This document shows positions 41,336 through 51,526 of a stretch of 61,640 nt of DNA, piece by piece. How positions within the stretch are numbered: the first letter of the stretch is position 1; every line of letters starts with the position of its first letter. Under the pieces are notes generated by a model. That model did no database searches. It was not told where the DNA came from and saw only the letters and a list, made by a program, of their open reading frames with translations. Location of the stretch: IMG/VR virus record IMGVR_UViG_3300002703_000110, positions 1 to 61,640 of that record; one strand, 5' to 3'. This stretch comes from a virus. Taxonomy: Duplodnaviria; Caudoviricetes. A program made the position numbers and the translations under genes.

Positions 41336-41560
41336 ATGGGATGCTCTGACCCAATTAATAATAATGAAGATTGGAAAGAATGGAGAAATTATGTATTAAA
41401 AGAATTAGAGCGTCTTAACAATAATTTTGACAGCCTACAAGAAAAGCAACAAGAAATTAGATTAGATATACGAGAGATACAAACAAAAATTTATATTGGT
41501 TCTATAATATTGTCACTTGTAGTATCTATAATAACAACAATAGCCATGAAATTAATTTAA
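41336..41560 (+). CDS. Small coiled-coil plus TM protein (holin-like)
   Basis: Coiled coil followed by a C-terminal TM helix; last gene of the late operon. Confidence 0.5.
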   Translation: MGCSDPINNNEDWKEWRNYVLKELERLNNNFDSLQEKQQEIRLDIREIQTKIYIGSIILSLVVSIITTIAMKLI

Positions 41561-42039
41561 GTTCTAAAATTCTTCATAATTTCGATTTGTTTATCAAGAC
41601 TAAATGATGGCATTAATTCGCACAGTTCGTCCACAGTGTTTGCGGCGATGGCAGCGGTTTTGTCATGGTCATAATCTTCATCAATAATTACCGAATTAAG
41701 TTCACGGAGCAATTCTGTAATGCGGTCAGCACTCTCGTCTTCTTTGTCCTGCCGTTCTAATGCTCCTATTTCTTCGGATATAGCCTTAATTTCCATCTCC
41801 AGTTTTTCTTTTTTTGCTCTTATAGCCAACTCTTTTACAGTAAGGTCTGTAGATTTTCCCATAAGGGCGGTGCGCTTCTTCTTCAATTCATTAAGAAGTG
41901 TAAGGTCTTTTATTACGATGCCAGTAATATATTGATCGAGTGCACGGTCTAAAATATTGGTAAGGGTATAACCCATGCTTTTAATTGCTTCATACTTCTC
42001 TGGATCAACATTAACCGTTGTTGCTTGTTTCTTCGCCAT
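41557..42039 (-). CDS. RHH-domain plus coiled-coil protein
   Basis: TTVNVDPE.Y..IK..G.TL..IL..AL ribbon-helix-helix-like N-terminus. Confidence 0.55.
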   Translation of the reverse strand: MAKKQATTVNVDPEKYEAIKSMGYTLTNILDRALDQYITGIVIKDLTLLNELKKKRTALMGKSTDLTVKELAIRAKKEKLEMEIKAISEEIGALERQDKEDESADRITELLRELNSVIIDEDYDHDKTAAIAANTVDELCELMPSFSLDKQIEIMKNFRT

Positions 42040-42507
42040 AAATATTACCTATAAAATATTTATTATTTTTATAATTTGTAGTTTCAATTTTATATACATT
42101 ACCAGTTGATAAATTAATATCAACTGCATTCCATGTGTCGTCACTATGAGACTCCTCTCTAAACCACAAACAATTTTCATGTAAATACAACGAATGTGTA
42201 TCCGATGTAAATGAAAGTGTTTCAATTTTATTTTCATCAGAAATATATTGAATATCAAATGAATACATTTGAGGATATTTATGATCAATTTTATATTTTC
42301 TTTTAACTAATTTACCAATTGGATCTGATATAAGTGAATTTATTGTGACTGTATTTTTACAAATATCAAATGTATAATAATAAGAATTGTTTCTTGATAA
42401 TTTTAAATATTTATAATTTGATTTAATTGTAAAAAAATTACTATTAAATGATATTTGTTTATAACATTTATCAATTTTACAATAATACCATGTATGAAAA
42501 AAGAATT

Positions 42508-43653
42508 TCATTTTTTAAACACTTCTACTTTTGAACCACGCTTCTGAATCATTCCATAGCGCACCATGTCGGTGATAAGATCAGTAACTTGTGGAATATT
42601 AAGACCAAGCATTGTGCACTCTTCATATACTTCTGCAATATCAGCAGAGCCACCAAGACCGTGAATGATGCTCATCATCTGAATATATGTTACGCCCTGA
42701 TTAATCTTCTTGCGCCATTCCTTTTCATGATTAAAAAGTTCTTTGACGCGCTTATCTTTCATATCAACATAAATTTCTTTTTCAATTTCTGTCTGTGTTG
42801 CAAGGGTTGCCCCAAGCAGCATATTATTGAAAAATGTTGACTCGTAAGAATAAATCTTTGCACGCTTGTATTCAGTCCATACTTCGGGTGCATACGTTAC
42901 ACGTTCAATTTTATCTAAATCTTTAATGAATGTTTTCTGCCGAAGCCAAATTTTATTCATTTTGACGATATCGGGTCTTTGTCCCTGCTGTTCTTCCTGT
43001 GATTCCAGTAAAATGTCATTATCTTTTCTGGTTGGAATAAAAAGTAAATAACAAAGTCTGCGTCCAAGACCAGAACTAATATTTAACACAGCGGGCTGAA
43101 TACCTGTCCATAGTGTCAAGTGCGAAGTATATTCAATGCGCTCATTACTTAATCGCTTAACAATTTGCCCAGAGTCGAGGGCAGAAAGTAACTGGCTCTC
43201 CATCTGCCCGTTACCTTGCACAGAAAGAGCATCAGTTAAACCTTTAAATTCATCAATGAGCATTATGCCATCTTGATACTCTTCTGCTGCTCCAACATAT
43301 CTTGTTTTTATGCCGTTTGTTGTTGCTGCGGTTCCTGTAAAGGCGGGGCTTGTCATTTCTTGTTCGCGCCCAATTTTCACACCAGAACCTTTAAAGATTG
43401 CATACTCATCTCCTGCCATTTGTCGTAAAAAATACGACTTCATGTAGCCAGCAGGTGCACAAAATAACAGATGAAGCCTATTATTTGGTAACATGCGTCC
43501 GACATAATAAATTTTTCTCTTACGATTCATTAAATTAAAATTGTGTAACGCAAAACTAGAAATGTAAAATGGGGCATATGTTTCATACTTGTAAATATCG
43601 CGCTCCTTCAATTCTTCCATTGCATCATCATAAATTGACATTTGGTTCTCCAA
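42508..43653 (-). CDS. mcm: Short MCM-like AAA+ helicase
   Basis: APAGYMKS Walker A, MLIDEF Walker B, LLSALDSG, LGRR finger, C-terminal wHTH; no N-terminal OB/Zn domain. Confidence 0.65.
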   Translation of the reverse strand: MENQMSIYDDAMEELKERDIYKYETYAPFYISSFALHNFNLMNRKRKIYYVGRMLPNNRLHLLFCAPAGYMKSYFLRQMAGDEYAIFKGSGVKIGREQEMTSPAFTGTAATTNGIKTRYVGAAEEYQDGIMLIDEFKGLTDALSVQGNGQMESQLLSALDSGQIVKRLSNERIEYTSHLTLWTGIQPAVLNISSGLGRRLCYLLFIPTRKDNDILLESQEEQQGQRPDIVKMNKIWLRQKTFIKDLDKIERVTYAPEVWTEYKRAKIYSYESTFFNNMLLGATLATQTEIEKEIYVDMKDKRVKELFNHEKEWRKKINQGVTYIQMMSIIHGLGGSADIAEVYEECTMLGLNIPQVTDLITDMVRYGMIQKRGSKVEVFKK

Positions 43654-44455
43654 TTACTTCTTTTATTTCACCAGTATTTTTATTTCCATATAAATATATT
43701 TGTTTTCCTTTCCAACAGCCGCCACCCAAAATCTTCCATTCACTTTCTTTTTCTTGCATCCCGTTTCACTCTCGCTGCTTCTTGTCTTTCTTTGATTGGA
43801 ATAAATAACTCTTTTAAAATAGTTTTGCTCGCATCACCAAGCATCGCGTCCAACTGTGTTTGTATAGTTTCAATAGGAAGGTTTTCATCTATTGCTATTC
43901 TAATACCTTCATCAAGTTCAAAATGTAAAGTAATATATTTCATGATAAACTTGCACCACACGTAGGACAAACAAAATCATTATCAGTTCCAGATTTTTTA
44001 ATATAAATTAAAGGATGTTCAAAAAATTCATAGAGTTGTTCTTGTGTCATGGTTACACTTATCTCCATTCTGATTCTTCGATGAATAGGCCCATAATGTT
44101 CTATCGTATAATTTAAACAATTTACTTCTTTTAACATTTAATCACCGGTCGGATGTTTAGCATCATAATCATTAATAGCACGTTGATGCTTTTTTATTGC
44201 TTCCATATAATATTTTATTTCAAATTCTCTTTTAATTATTTCTGCTTCTTCTGTTTTAATAATTTTTTCGAGAATTTGTCTTACTAAAATAGATGTTATT
44301 TCCAAAACTCCCACCACTTCTTTTTAGATGACACTTGTTTATATTCATCAATTTTAAATCCTTTCAATAGAATTGATATTTCATCGCCAGTAATTATGTT
44401 TTCACTTACAACTTTTTCCCATTGAGTTCCGTCATAATCACAGATAACAACTATT

Positions 44456-45175
44456 TTATACGTTAGTTTTGCGTTTAGTTCGTTTTGCATTTGTTCTAGT
44501 GCTTTTTTTGGTATCATTGTTTTCAACCTTTCCATTAAGAATATTCAAAATATGCTGTGCTTTTACTTCACCAATGCCTTTAACACGCATGAGTTGTGTT
44601 TTTGTTGATTTTGCAATTTGGCTTACATTGCCAACAATCTTGGTTAATTCTTGAAATTGTTTTACATTAATTTTAAAGGCGCGAGCAAACAACTGCTCTG
44701 GTTTACAGGTTCCGGGCTGCATGTATTTTTCTTCTTCTATATCAACAATCAATGACACCATTAATGACAAACAATTGTGTATATCTTCAGTCCAAATTAC
44801 CAGCATGTGATATTGACACATACATTCGGCTATTATAGAAATAACCATTTGTTCATTCACAATAATTTTCTTTTTGTATCGAATCATTTTTGCATATTCT
44901 GTTAAATTGCCATGAATGACAAGAACAGGCACTTTATCATGGAGCGCCATTTTACAGCATTGATTTTTTAATCTACCATCTAAAATAGAAGAATATAAAT
45001 CCCCAATTTCTTTTCGTTCAACAATCGCGTGGTCTGAAAGAAAATCACCCTCATTGAGTAATACAGTATTAAAATTAATCTTTCCTTTATATTTGCGTTT
45101 AAGATATGAAATTACTGCCTGCGGTTCACGACTATCAATAGTAATATTAATCAATTTAACCCGCCCTCGTCGCAA
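44456..45175 (-). CDS. ERCC4/XPF (Hef-like) nuclease with HhH domain
   Basis: IDSRE, GDF, VERK...DL..SI.DGRL..Q, VKGIGEVKA. Confidence 0.9.
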   Translation of the reverse strand: MRRGRVKLINITIDSREPQAVISYLKRKYKGKINFNTVLLNEGDFLSDHAIVERKEIGDLYSSILDGRLKNQCCKMALHDKVPVLVIHGNLTEYAKMIRYKKKIIVNEQMVISIIAECMCQYHMLVIWTEDIHNCLSLMVSLIVDIEEEKYMQPGTCKPEQLFARAFKINVKQFQELTKIVGNVSQIAKSTKTQLMRVKGIGEVKAQHILNILNGKVENNDTKKSTRTNAKRTKRKTNV

Positions 45176-45555
45176 TTATAGATTTTTCATGAACCCAACA
45201 TCTATTAAAAGTGTAATTATTATTTTTTGTTGAATCAAAATCAAGTAAAAAATATTCACCAAGTATATCTACAACAGTTGCATTTTTTATATACACAGTA
45301 TCTACAACATCACCAAGATTTACTTCCATAATATTTTCTCCGTGATTTTGTCATAAATTACTCCTTCGTTTTTAAGAAATTCAATAAACAAAAATAAATC
45401 AGACGGATTCAAAACTTTTAAATCATATTTATATTTAAATTCATCAATATAATTAATAAGTCTTGTTTTTGAGATATTAATTCTGATGGTTCCGTGCGGT
45501 ATTCCGCGCTGATCAACTAAAGTAAAATTATTAAATTTAATTTCTTTTTTTACCA

Positions 45556-45828
45556 TTATTCTTCCCCCCATTCTGCATGAATAATCCTGTGGCAGTTTGC
45601 ACAAACAACAACTGTTTTCTTTATTTCTTCTTGCACACTTTTTATTGAGTAACGGTTATGCACGGCGTGAAAGATACTAAATTTCTTTTCTGCGGGATTA
45701 ACATGATGAAATTCCAGCACTCTCACATCGGTTTCTCCACACCGTGTGCAAGGATTATTCCGTTTATAATCTTCTATAAATTGTTTTAATTCTTGTCTTT
45801 TCTTTTTTGCATATTCAGACCGATTCAT
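45556..45828 (-). CDS. Small HNH endonuclease (paralog of 10809..11081)
   Basis: CTRCG...LEFHH...VCANCHRIIH. Confidence 0.8.
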   Translation of the reverse strand: MNRSEYAKKKRQELKQFIEDYKRNNPCTRCGETDVRVLEFHHVNPAEKKFSIFHAVHNRYSIKSVQEEIKKTVVVCANCHRIIHAEWGEE

Positions 45829-46303
45829 TAATTAAACCCCGCACTGTGCATATAGTTCCATAAATAATAATTGGAATACAAATTATCATCATTATTAATT
45901 CAATGTCCCGTTCTCCATAATTATTAATTGTAAACACAGTTGTATCACAATTAAAAAAAGCAGTAAACCAAAGCCCAATTAAAATAAATGACCATGCAAA
46001 TGTGATTCCTGTTGAAAATAACATTAATTTTCTTTTAGTGTCCATATAATACACTCCTTACCGTCAAATCTTTCTACACTTGGGGTCATGTTGTAATGTA
46101 TGCATATTTTTTCCATTGTGGTCATTGGGTCAACAATTTTCACGGTATATTTTAACAAAAGCAAATTCTTTAAAAATTTTCGTAAATAACCACGATTCTT
46201 GTGTTTTGACTGTATCACTTTAATCCATACTGTTTTATGACAAATTGCAATATAACCACAAAATTTATTAGGTGTCCAACCAATAACAGAAGATGGTGAT
46301 GGT

Positions 46304-46567
46304 TCAATTAGTTCCATTACACAACTCCTTTAAATACTCAAGGTTTGGTTTTCCGTCTTTAAAAGTATCTTTTGATTCATAGAAATTGTCTTCTATTTGA
46401 AGCACAGGAGCCTCAATCGTAAAACAGCCATTAACACGCATCTCTGCAATTGACTCTGGTGACTGCATATCAGTTTCGACAAATTTGATATTTAAGTTCT
46501 TTAGTGCGTCCTTGAGTTGCACACAATTTGGGCAAACCTCTAAAGTATAAACGATAATATTACTCAT
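46304..46567 (-). CDS. nrdH: NrdH/glutaredoxin-like redoxin
   Basis: VYT...CPNC..LK, E.RVNG.F...APVLQI; adjacent to an NrdD-like gene. Confidence 0.8.
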   Translation of the reverse strand: MSNIIVYTLEVCPNCVQLKDALKNLNIKFVETDMQSPESIAEMRVNGCFTIEAPVLQIEDNFYESKDTFKDGKPNLEYLKELCNGTN

Positions 46568-46823
46568 TATTTTTCCACCCTCTATAAGCAGTAATTAAAT
46601 AATACCCCTGCACACAGATAGTTATTACAAGAGGCAAGCATGTCCAAACTCCGACAATTGCACCAAGTATAACAATCATATTAATTGGATTTCCGACCAT
46701 CCAAATTAAATAGCCAACTCTTCGTTCATACTGCACATCACTTGATACAAACCAAGATCCAGCAATACTTAAAACAGCACCAAGTATTGCCAGAGAATAT
46801 CCCACCAATTCATACATATTCAA
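46560..46823 (-). CDS. Small membrane protein
   Basis: Three hydrophobic segments in 87 aa. Confidence 0.6.
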   Translation of the reverse strand: MNMYELVGYSLAILGAVLSIAGSWFVSSDVQYERRVGYLIWMVGNPINMIVILGAIVGVWTCLPLVITICVQGYYLITAYRGWKNNE

Positions 46824-47188
46824 TCTCCTATATTAACCCTGTGTCTGTCTCTGACTTCTTGTTCTTTACCGGCATTAAAGCCCCGCAGATCATTTAAATA
46901 GCCTGTGACCCGTGTAATTACTGTGACATCATGACAACCACAAACAGGGCAAACATAATCGCCACACACGGGGCAAACATGAACGCCTTCTGTAATTTCG
47001 TGATGGCAGTTAGTGTGATCTAAAATACACATTAATATGGAATCTGGAAAACCACAGTCTGGACAAGTTTTTGTATTATAGCCAGCGGCATGACAAATAG
47101 GACATTTATAACGCTTTAATTCTTCTGGCAATTTGGTTAAATCATTTAAACCAATATACTTTTTGTATTTTTCTGGAACGTTAATCAT
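46820..47188 (-). CDS. nrdD: Stand-alone class III RNR (NrdD) C-terminal Zn-ribbon/glycyl-radical domain
   Basis: Multiple CxxC; CPVCG...ITRVTGYL.....FNAGK.QE..DR. Confidence 0.8.
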   Translation of the reverse strand: MINVPEKYKKYIGLNDLTKLPEELKRYKCPICHAAGYNTKTCPDCGFPDSILMCILDHTNCHHEITEGVHVCPVCGDYVCPVCGCHDVTVITRVTGYLNDLRGFNAGKEQEVRDRHRVNIGD

Positions 47189-48041
47189 TTACTATCTCCT
47201 CAATTTCGGCAACCAATGCATTAGTTATTGCCATATTAATTGTTCTTTCTCTATAATAATTATTATTCCACTTTGTTCTATATAATTTTGAACTTCTGAA
47301 AATAATATCAACATCTACTGGATTTGTTGTGTAACGTGCAATAATATAACAAAGAGCGAAATCTGCCTCTGATTGTGAATTATATTTTTTATAATCACCA
47401 CTAAATAATTGTTTAAATAAATCATTGTGCCGCCCACGTAAACATTTATTATATACATTTTTTACTTGTTCTTTACTTGTTTTGGAGTATTTATGTATAA
47501 CAGAAATATTATCAATAGAAGAAAGTGTTTGCTTTTTTGTTGGGGGTGTAAGTTTCTCAATAAAATCGTTTATAACTTGCTCACAGGACATATTTATATG
47601 GAATGGCGTTCCTGCAATGTGATTACCAGTAAATGTAAAGAATCGTCCATGTGAATATATTTCTTTATTGCCAGAACGACATCTTGATCCATCTGGTATT
47701 TTACCTTGACATATACAATGAACACCCTTTCCCGATGGAGAAAATTCAGCATATGAATTAAACGATTTTACTTCGTCAAAAATTTCAGATAGTTCAATTT
47801 TATCCCAATCAATTCCTATAAATGGATCATTTTTTGTAAACACGAATCCAATGCCATCAAAGCCAGTTGTGGTCAATGAAGTATCAACATCAGTCCATGT
47901 GTTGGAGTCTGTAGAACTAGCACGTTTACCACCAACTGTATATGGAACTTTTGTTTGTTTTCCACCACGATGTTCATATTTCCACATAACCCATTGATTA
48001 TATGGTTTTAATTCTTCGGGAATAAAAATTATATTGTTCAT
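47181..48041 (-). CDS. AEP-family primase-polymerase (NrS-1-like) with helical C-terminal domain
   Basis: QWV.W, KVPY, GIGFVF, IGIDWD, YAEFSPSGKGVH, EIYS.GRFFT.TG, SQSEAD.AL. Confidence 0.85.
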   Translation of the reverse strand: MNNIIFIPEELKPYNQWVMWKYEHRGGKQTKVPYTVGGKRASSTDSNTWTDVDTSLTTTGFDGIGFVFTKNDPFIGIDWDKIELSEIFDEVKSFNSYAEFSPSGKGVHCICQGKIPDGSRCRSGNKEIYSHGRFFTFTGNHIAGTPFHINMSCEQVINDFIEKLTPPTKKQTLSSIDNISVIHKYSKTSKEQVKNVYNKCLRGRHNDLFKQLFSGDYKKYNSQSEADFALCYIIARYTTNPVDVDIIFRSSKLYRTKWNNNYYRERTINMAITNALVAEIEEIVND

Positions 48042-48556
48042 TTTCTTATACTTCCAACATTCCAGTCGTCTTTGTCGGGCTTAAAAATTACAACTACACT
48101 TGGGAACGGTGCGGCATTAGGAGCACCACCAAATTTTACACGCCCCTCAATAAAGCGAATTTCAGCGGCATTGGGAATAATAATTTCATGCCACCAACGC
48201 TGATCAGTCTTTGTTGTTGGTAATAAAAATACTACAGTGCATCCATATAAACTTGCTTCATATCCGTGGTTTATCCACTTCTCCAAATTATGATATGGTG
48301 GATTACACCAAATCTGTGTTATGGGTCTGCGGCACTCATCTATCCAGCCATGCCACTGCTTGTTAATAGCATTAATGTGATAGTGACTTTTAAAACCAAA
48401 CACAGTATTGTCTAATCCCCAACCATCTTTGCATTTTTGATTTTTTACAGTGCACGCCACATCTAATTGAAAATGAAATTCATCATCTAATTGTTTAAAC
48501 AACCATTCTGGTGTGCTCCATTCACCTGTTTTGGAAGATGTAAAAATTGAATTCAT
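48038..48556 (-). CDS. dam: Phage-type DNA N6-adenine methyltransferase
   Basis: W.TP..LF..LD.EF.F.LD, WCNPPY, IRFI.GR.KF, APFPS. Confidence 0.85.
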   Translation of the reverse strand: MNSIFTSSKTGEWSTPEWLFKQLDDEFHFQLDVACTVKNQKCKDGWGLDNTVFGFKSHYHINAINKQWHGWIDECRRPITQIWCNPPYHNLEKWINHGYEASLYGCTVVFLLPTTKTDQRWWHEIIIPNAAEIRFIEGRVKFGGAPNAAPFPSVVVIFKPDKDDWNVGSIRK

Positions 48557-49421
48557 TCTTCTTTCGCCCTATTAAGAATTTCTTCTGGTTTTACACCATA
48601 ATCTAACTGACAAGACCGCTGACAAAGTGTGCATCGCCCGTCTTTAATATTTTTATGACAACCATTCATTAGAAGAGAATCATCGACCTCTGCTTCTACC
48701 CAACTACAAAAAACTTTAATCATTACACCCTCTTTAAATAATATCTAATTTTGGATTCAAGTATTGTTGTATCAGTGCATCCATCAATTAATAATGGTAA
48801 TGAAAACTTACATTTACAACATTTTTCTGGTTGAATTATACATCCACAAGAACAAATTTCTGTATCATATAGTTGACCACACATGGGACATCTTCTAATA
48901 ACAATTTCATCCATATTTATTCCCCACTAAATTTAGTAAATCTACTACCACAATATTTACATTCAAAATATGCATAATGAACGTTACCATCTCTTTTTGT
49001 AAATTTTAATTTTAAATTAGATGGTGTGCAACAAGAATTTTCATGCTTGTCGGGAAAAATATTTTGTTCATCTTCTTCTTTAAAAATATGCATAAAACAA
49101 CACCCTATACCCATACAATACCACCACAACAATATTCTGAATCTGTTGGGAATATAAAAAGCCATTCGAGCGGAATTTCTGATTGAAACTCTATCCATTC
49201 AGTGTTTCCGTCCCTACAAACTTTAACTTGATACAAATTTCTACCAGTAGATAGAATTCCTGCGTAATGACCTATATACCTTACTATAAGACCACAGTTT
49301 AAACACAATTCAAAGTTCTCGTGTGGCAAATCATAAATATGTTCTTTACCATTCATAAAAATAGATACTGAATTTTTACTATGATTATGTAACCAAATTT
49401 CATACTTATACATTTTCTCAC

Positions 49422-50144
49422 CTATAAATTTGATAAATCTAATGATTCGACATAACGACACATACCACAAACAGCACATTTTTTGTCATATGGTTTTCTT
49501 GGGAAATCTTGATTATCTATGGCACAACGAAGTTTTTCAATTTGCTTCTCCATTGCTTTGAGACTTTTATCATATGCTTTCATATACATATAAACCTCTC
49601 GCTTTGGATTAATTAATAAGAACTGTGTTACTTTACCATGTTCTTCTGCTCGCTGGTCATCCCACAACAATCTATAAAAAGAAAGTTCTCCGCGCAAACC
49701 AGATAAATCCATACCCCAACCTGTTTTATATTCAACAATTGTAACTTCTTTACCACGAATGCGCGTGTCAACCCTGTCAATATAACCCTTCAAATCCAGT
49801 GCATCTGATTCAATGCGTTTTTCTTTTTCAATTGGGTAAAAATCTCGTTCTCTGCCAGCCTTTACCAATGTATTAAAACGAAATGTTTCTTGCTGTAAAA
49901 AGAACGATACTTGTTTGCGCTCTGGTTCATCCATATCATCTGTTTTAATAAGTTTACTCCAATTTTCAGGCTTAACACCATAACAATCATCAAAGAACTT
50001 ATCAAACACATTGTGCATTTTAGTTCCAGAAAACATTGCTGGTGTTGTTGGTTGCCGTATTTTTTTAATATACGTTAAATAAAATTTGTTGGGGCAAAAC
50101 TTATATGATGTTACCATTGATTTAGATAATCTCAATTTCTTCAA
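49422..50144 (-). CDS. Cas4/RecB-like PD-(D/E)xK exonuclease
   Basis: LS.S.....CP, G...H, KGYIDRVD, EYKTG, C-terminal CxxC..C. Confidence 0.8.
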   Translation of the reverse strand: MKKLRLSKSMVTSYKFCPNKFYLTYIKKIRQPTTPAMFSGTKMHNVFDKFFDDCYGVKPENWSKLIKTDDMDEPERKQVSFFLQQETFRFNTLVKAGRERDFYPIEKEKRIESDALDLKGYIDRVDTRIRGKEVTIVEYKTGWGMDLSGLRGELSFYRLLWDDQRAEEHGKVTQFLLINPKREVYMYMKAYDKSLKAMEKQIEKLRCAIDNQDFPRKPYDKKCAVCGMCRYVESLDLSNL

Positions 50145-50866
50145 TCTCCTTCCACAATGGGGGCAAGAACATACTCGATATCAACATCATCATCTTTGAT
50201 ATTAAATAATAATTGTGAACTATTACCAAAAGATAATGATACAGAAGACGAATTAATTTTCTTAAACACACCACTGAAGTTTTTTAAATAATCATGAGGA
50301 TAATAAGAAACAAACTGCTCCCCTTTTCCCTTTTCAACGGAGATAATTTCAAAAGGACGCTCAATACAATCATCAATATTATCTGCTGTTTTTACATTGA
50401 GTTCCTTGCCGTCAAATGACAATTCTATTTTAGCATTTGTGTTGGCCTGAACACCCATTGTTTTGTCAATACCATCAATGATGCTTATAAATTCGTTTTT
50501 ATCAATTTCTATTTTGCATGGAAACTGCATATTTTCAACTACATATGGGCGAATGGGGCGAAGTGTTTCAATTACAATGTTGCGCATTGTTCGTTTAAGT
50601 TCAAATTTAACTGACAGCGATTTTGTGGTTAAATTAAACTCTCCCTCTGGATTTTTCACAATGGCAATAAAGTTTTTTATTTTTTCAATATCAAGACCAT
50701 ATATTCCATTTTCAACATCGAAACCATTGGCTTTAATATAACCAAGACTAACACCCGCCGTGCAAGTGTGTGCCATAAATGCCTGTCCATTAGTAAAAGT
50801 GATTTGGCCGTCAGGAGCAACTGCGGCACAAGCAGTAAAAAATTTTAAAAGTTTCTCTCGTTTCAT
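50141..50866 (-). CDS. pcn: DNA sliding clamp (PCNA-like)
   Basis: 241 aa two-domain size; GLDIEKI, S.Y..DYL, C-terminal YVLAP.VE; near PolB with a PIP box. Confidence 0.75.
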   Translation of the reverse strand: MKREKLLKFFTACAAVAPDGQITFTNGQAFMAHTCTAGVSLGYIKANGFDVENGIYGLDIEKIKNFIAIVKNPEGEFNLTTKSLSVKFELKRTMRNIVIETLRPIRPYVVENMQFPCKIEIDKNEFISIIDGIDKTMGVQANTNAKIELSFDGKELNVKTADNIDDCIERPFEIISVEKGKGEQFVSYYPHDYLKNFSGVFKKINSSSVSLSFGNSSQLLFNIKDDDVDIEYVLAPIVEGD

Positions 50867-51526
50867 TGCATCACCACATGTGGCCTTTGGTTTGTCCTAT
50901 TATTATATAAAAAATCTATGGCCTCTTGATAAGCATCATATTTTCCTTTATGATATTTTTCTTCTTTAATATCATGTTTTAAAATTGCATTATAAATAAT
51001 AAGTGCTTCATTATTTTGAAGCGTGTGTAAATGAGATATAAAACTTGTATCATCAATTAGTCGTGACATAAATATCAAGAAACACGGTGTTATTCAGTTC
51101 ATCAACAGAAACATTTATTTCTGCAATTTTACAATCATAATAAATTTCAAAGGTTGCTGGTGCATCAAAGCCAATTGACACTTTACCATTAATAAATATA
51201 TTGCCCGAAACAAATGATGTTTCAATTGTTTTAATTGTTCCATCATTAGATGTAATAGAAATTAAATATACATCTGGACACATTCGTTCCAGAGCAAAAA
51301 ATGTCGGTTCTTTAAAAATTAAATCGTCCATATTAATCCTCAACGATATCCAAACTAAAAACATGTTCCATTTTTGCTACAAAACATCTATATTTACCAT
51401 CATCCAGAATATATTCAATTGCTAATATTCCGTCATTAATGCCCATTGATGTTTTTGTTTCGATTTTAAATTTAATTTCGTAATTTTCATCTACATGATC
51501 TTCATAATATATTGTAACTGTGTAAG

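Noticed and set aside
49422-50144. Cas4 as part of a CRISPR-Cas system
   Set aside because: No other cas genes or array; it sits in the replication/recombination module, as is common in archaeal viruses
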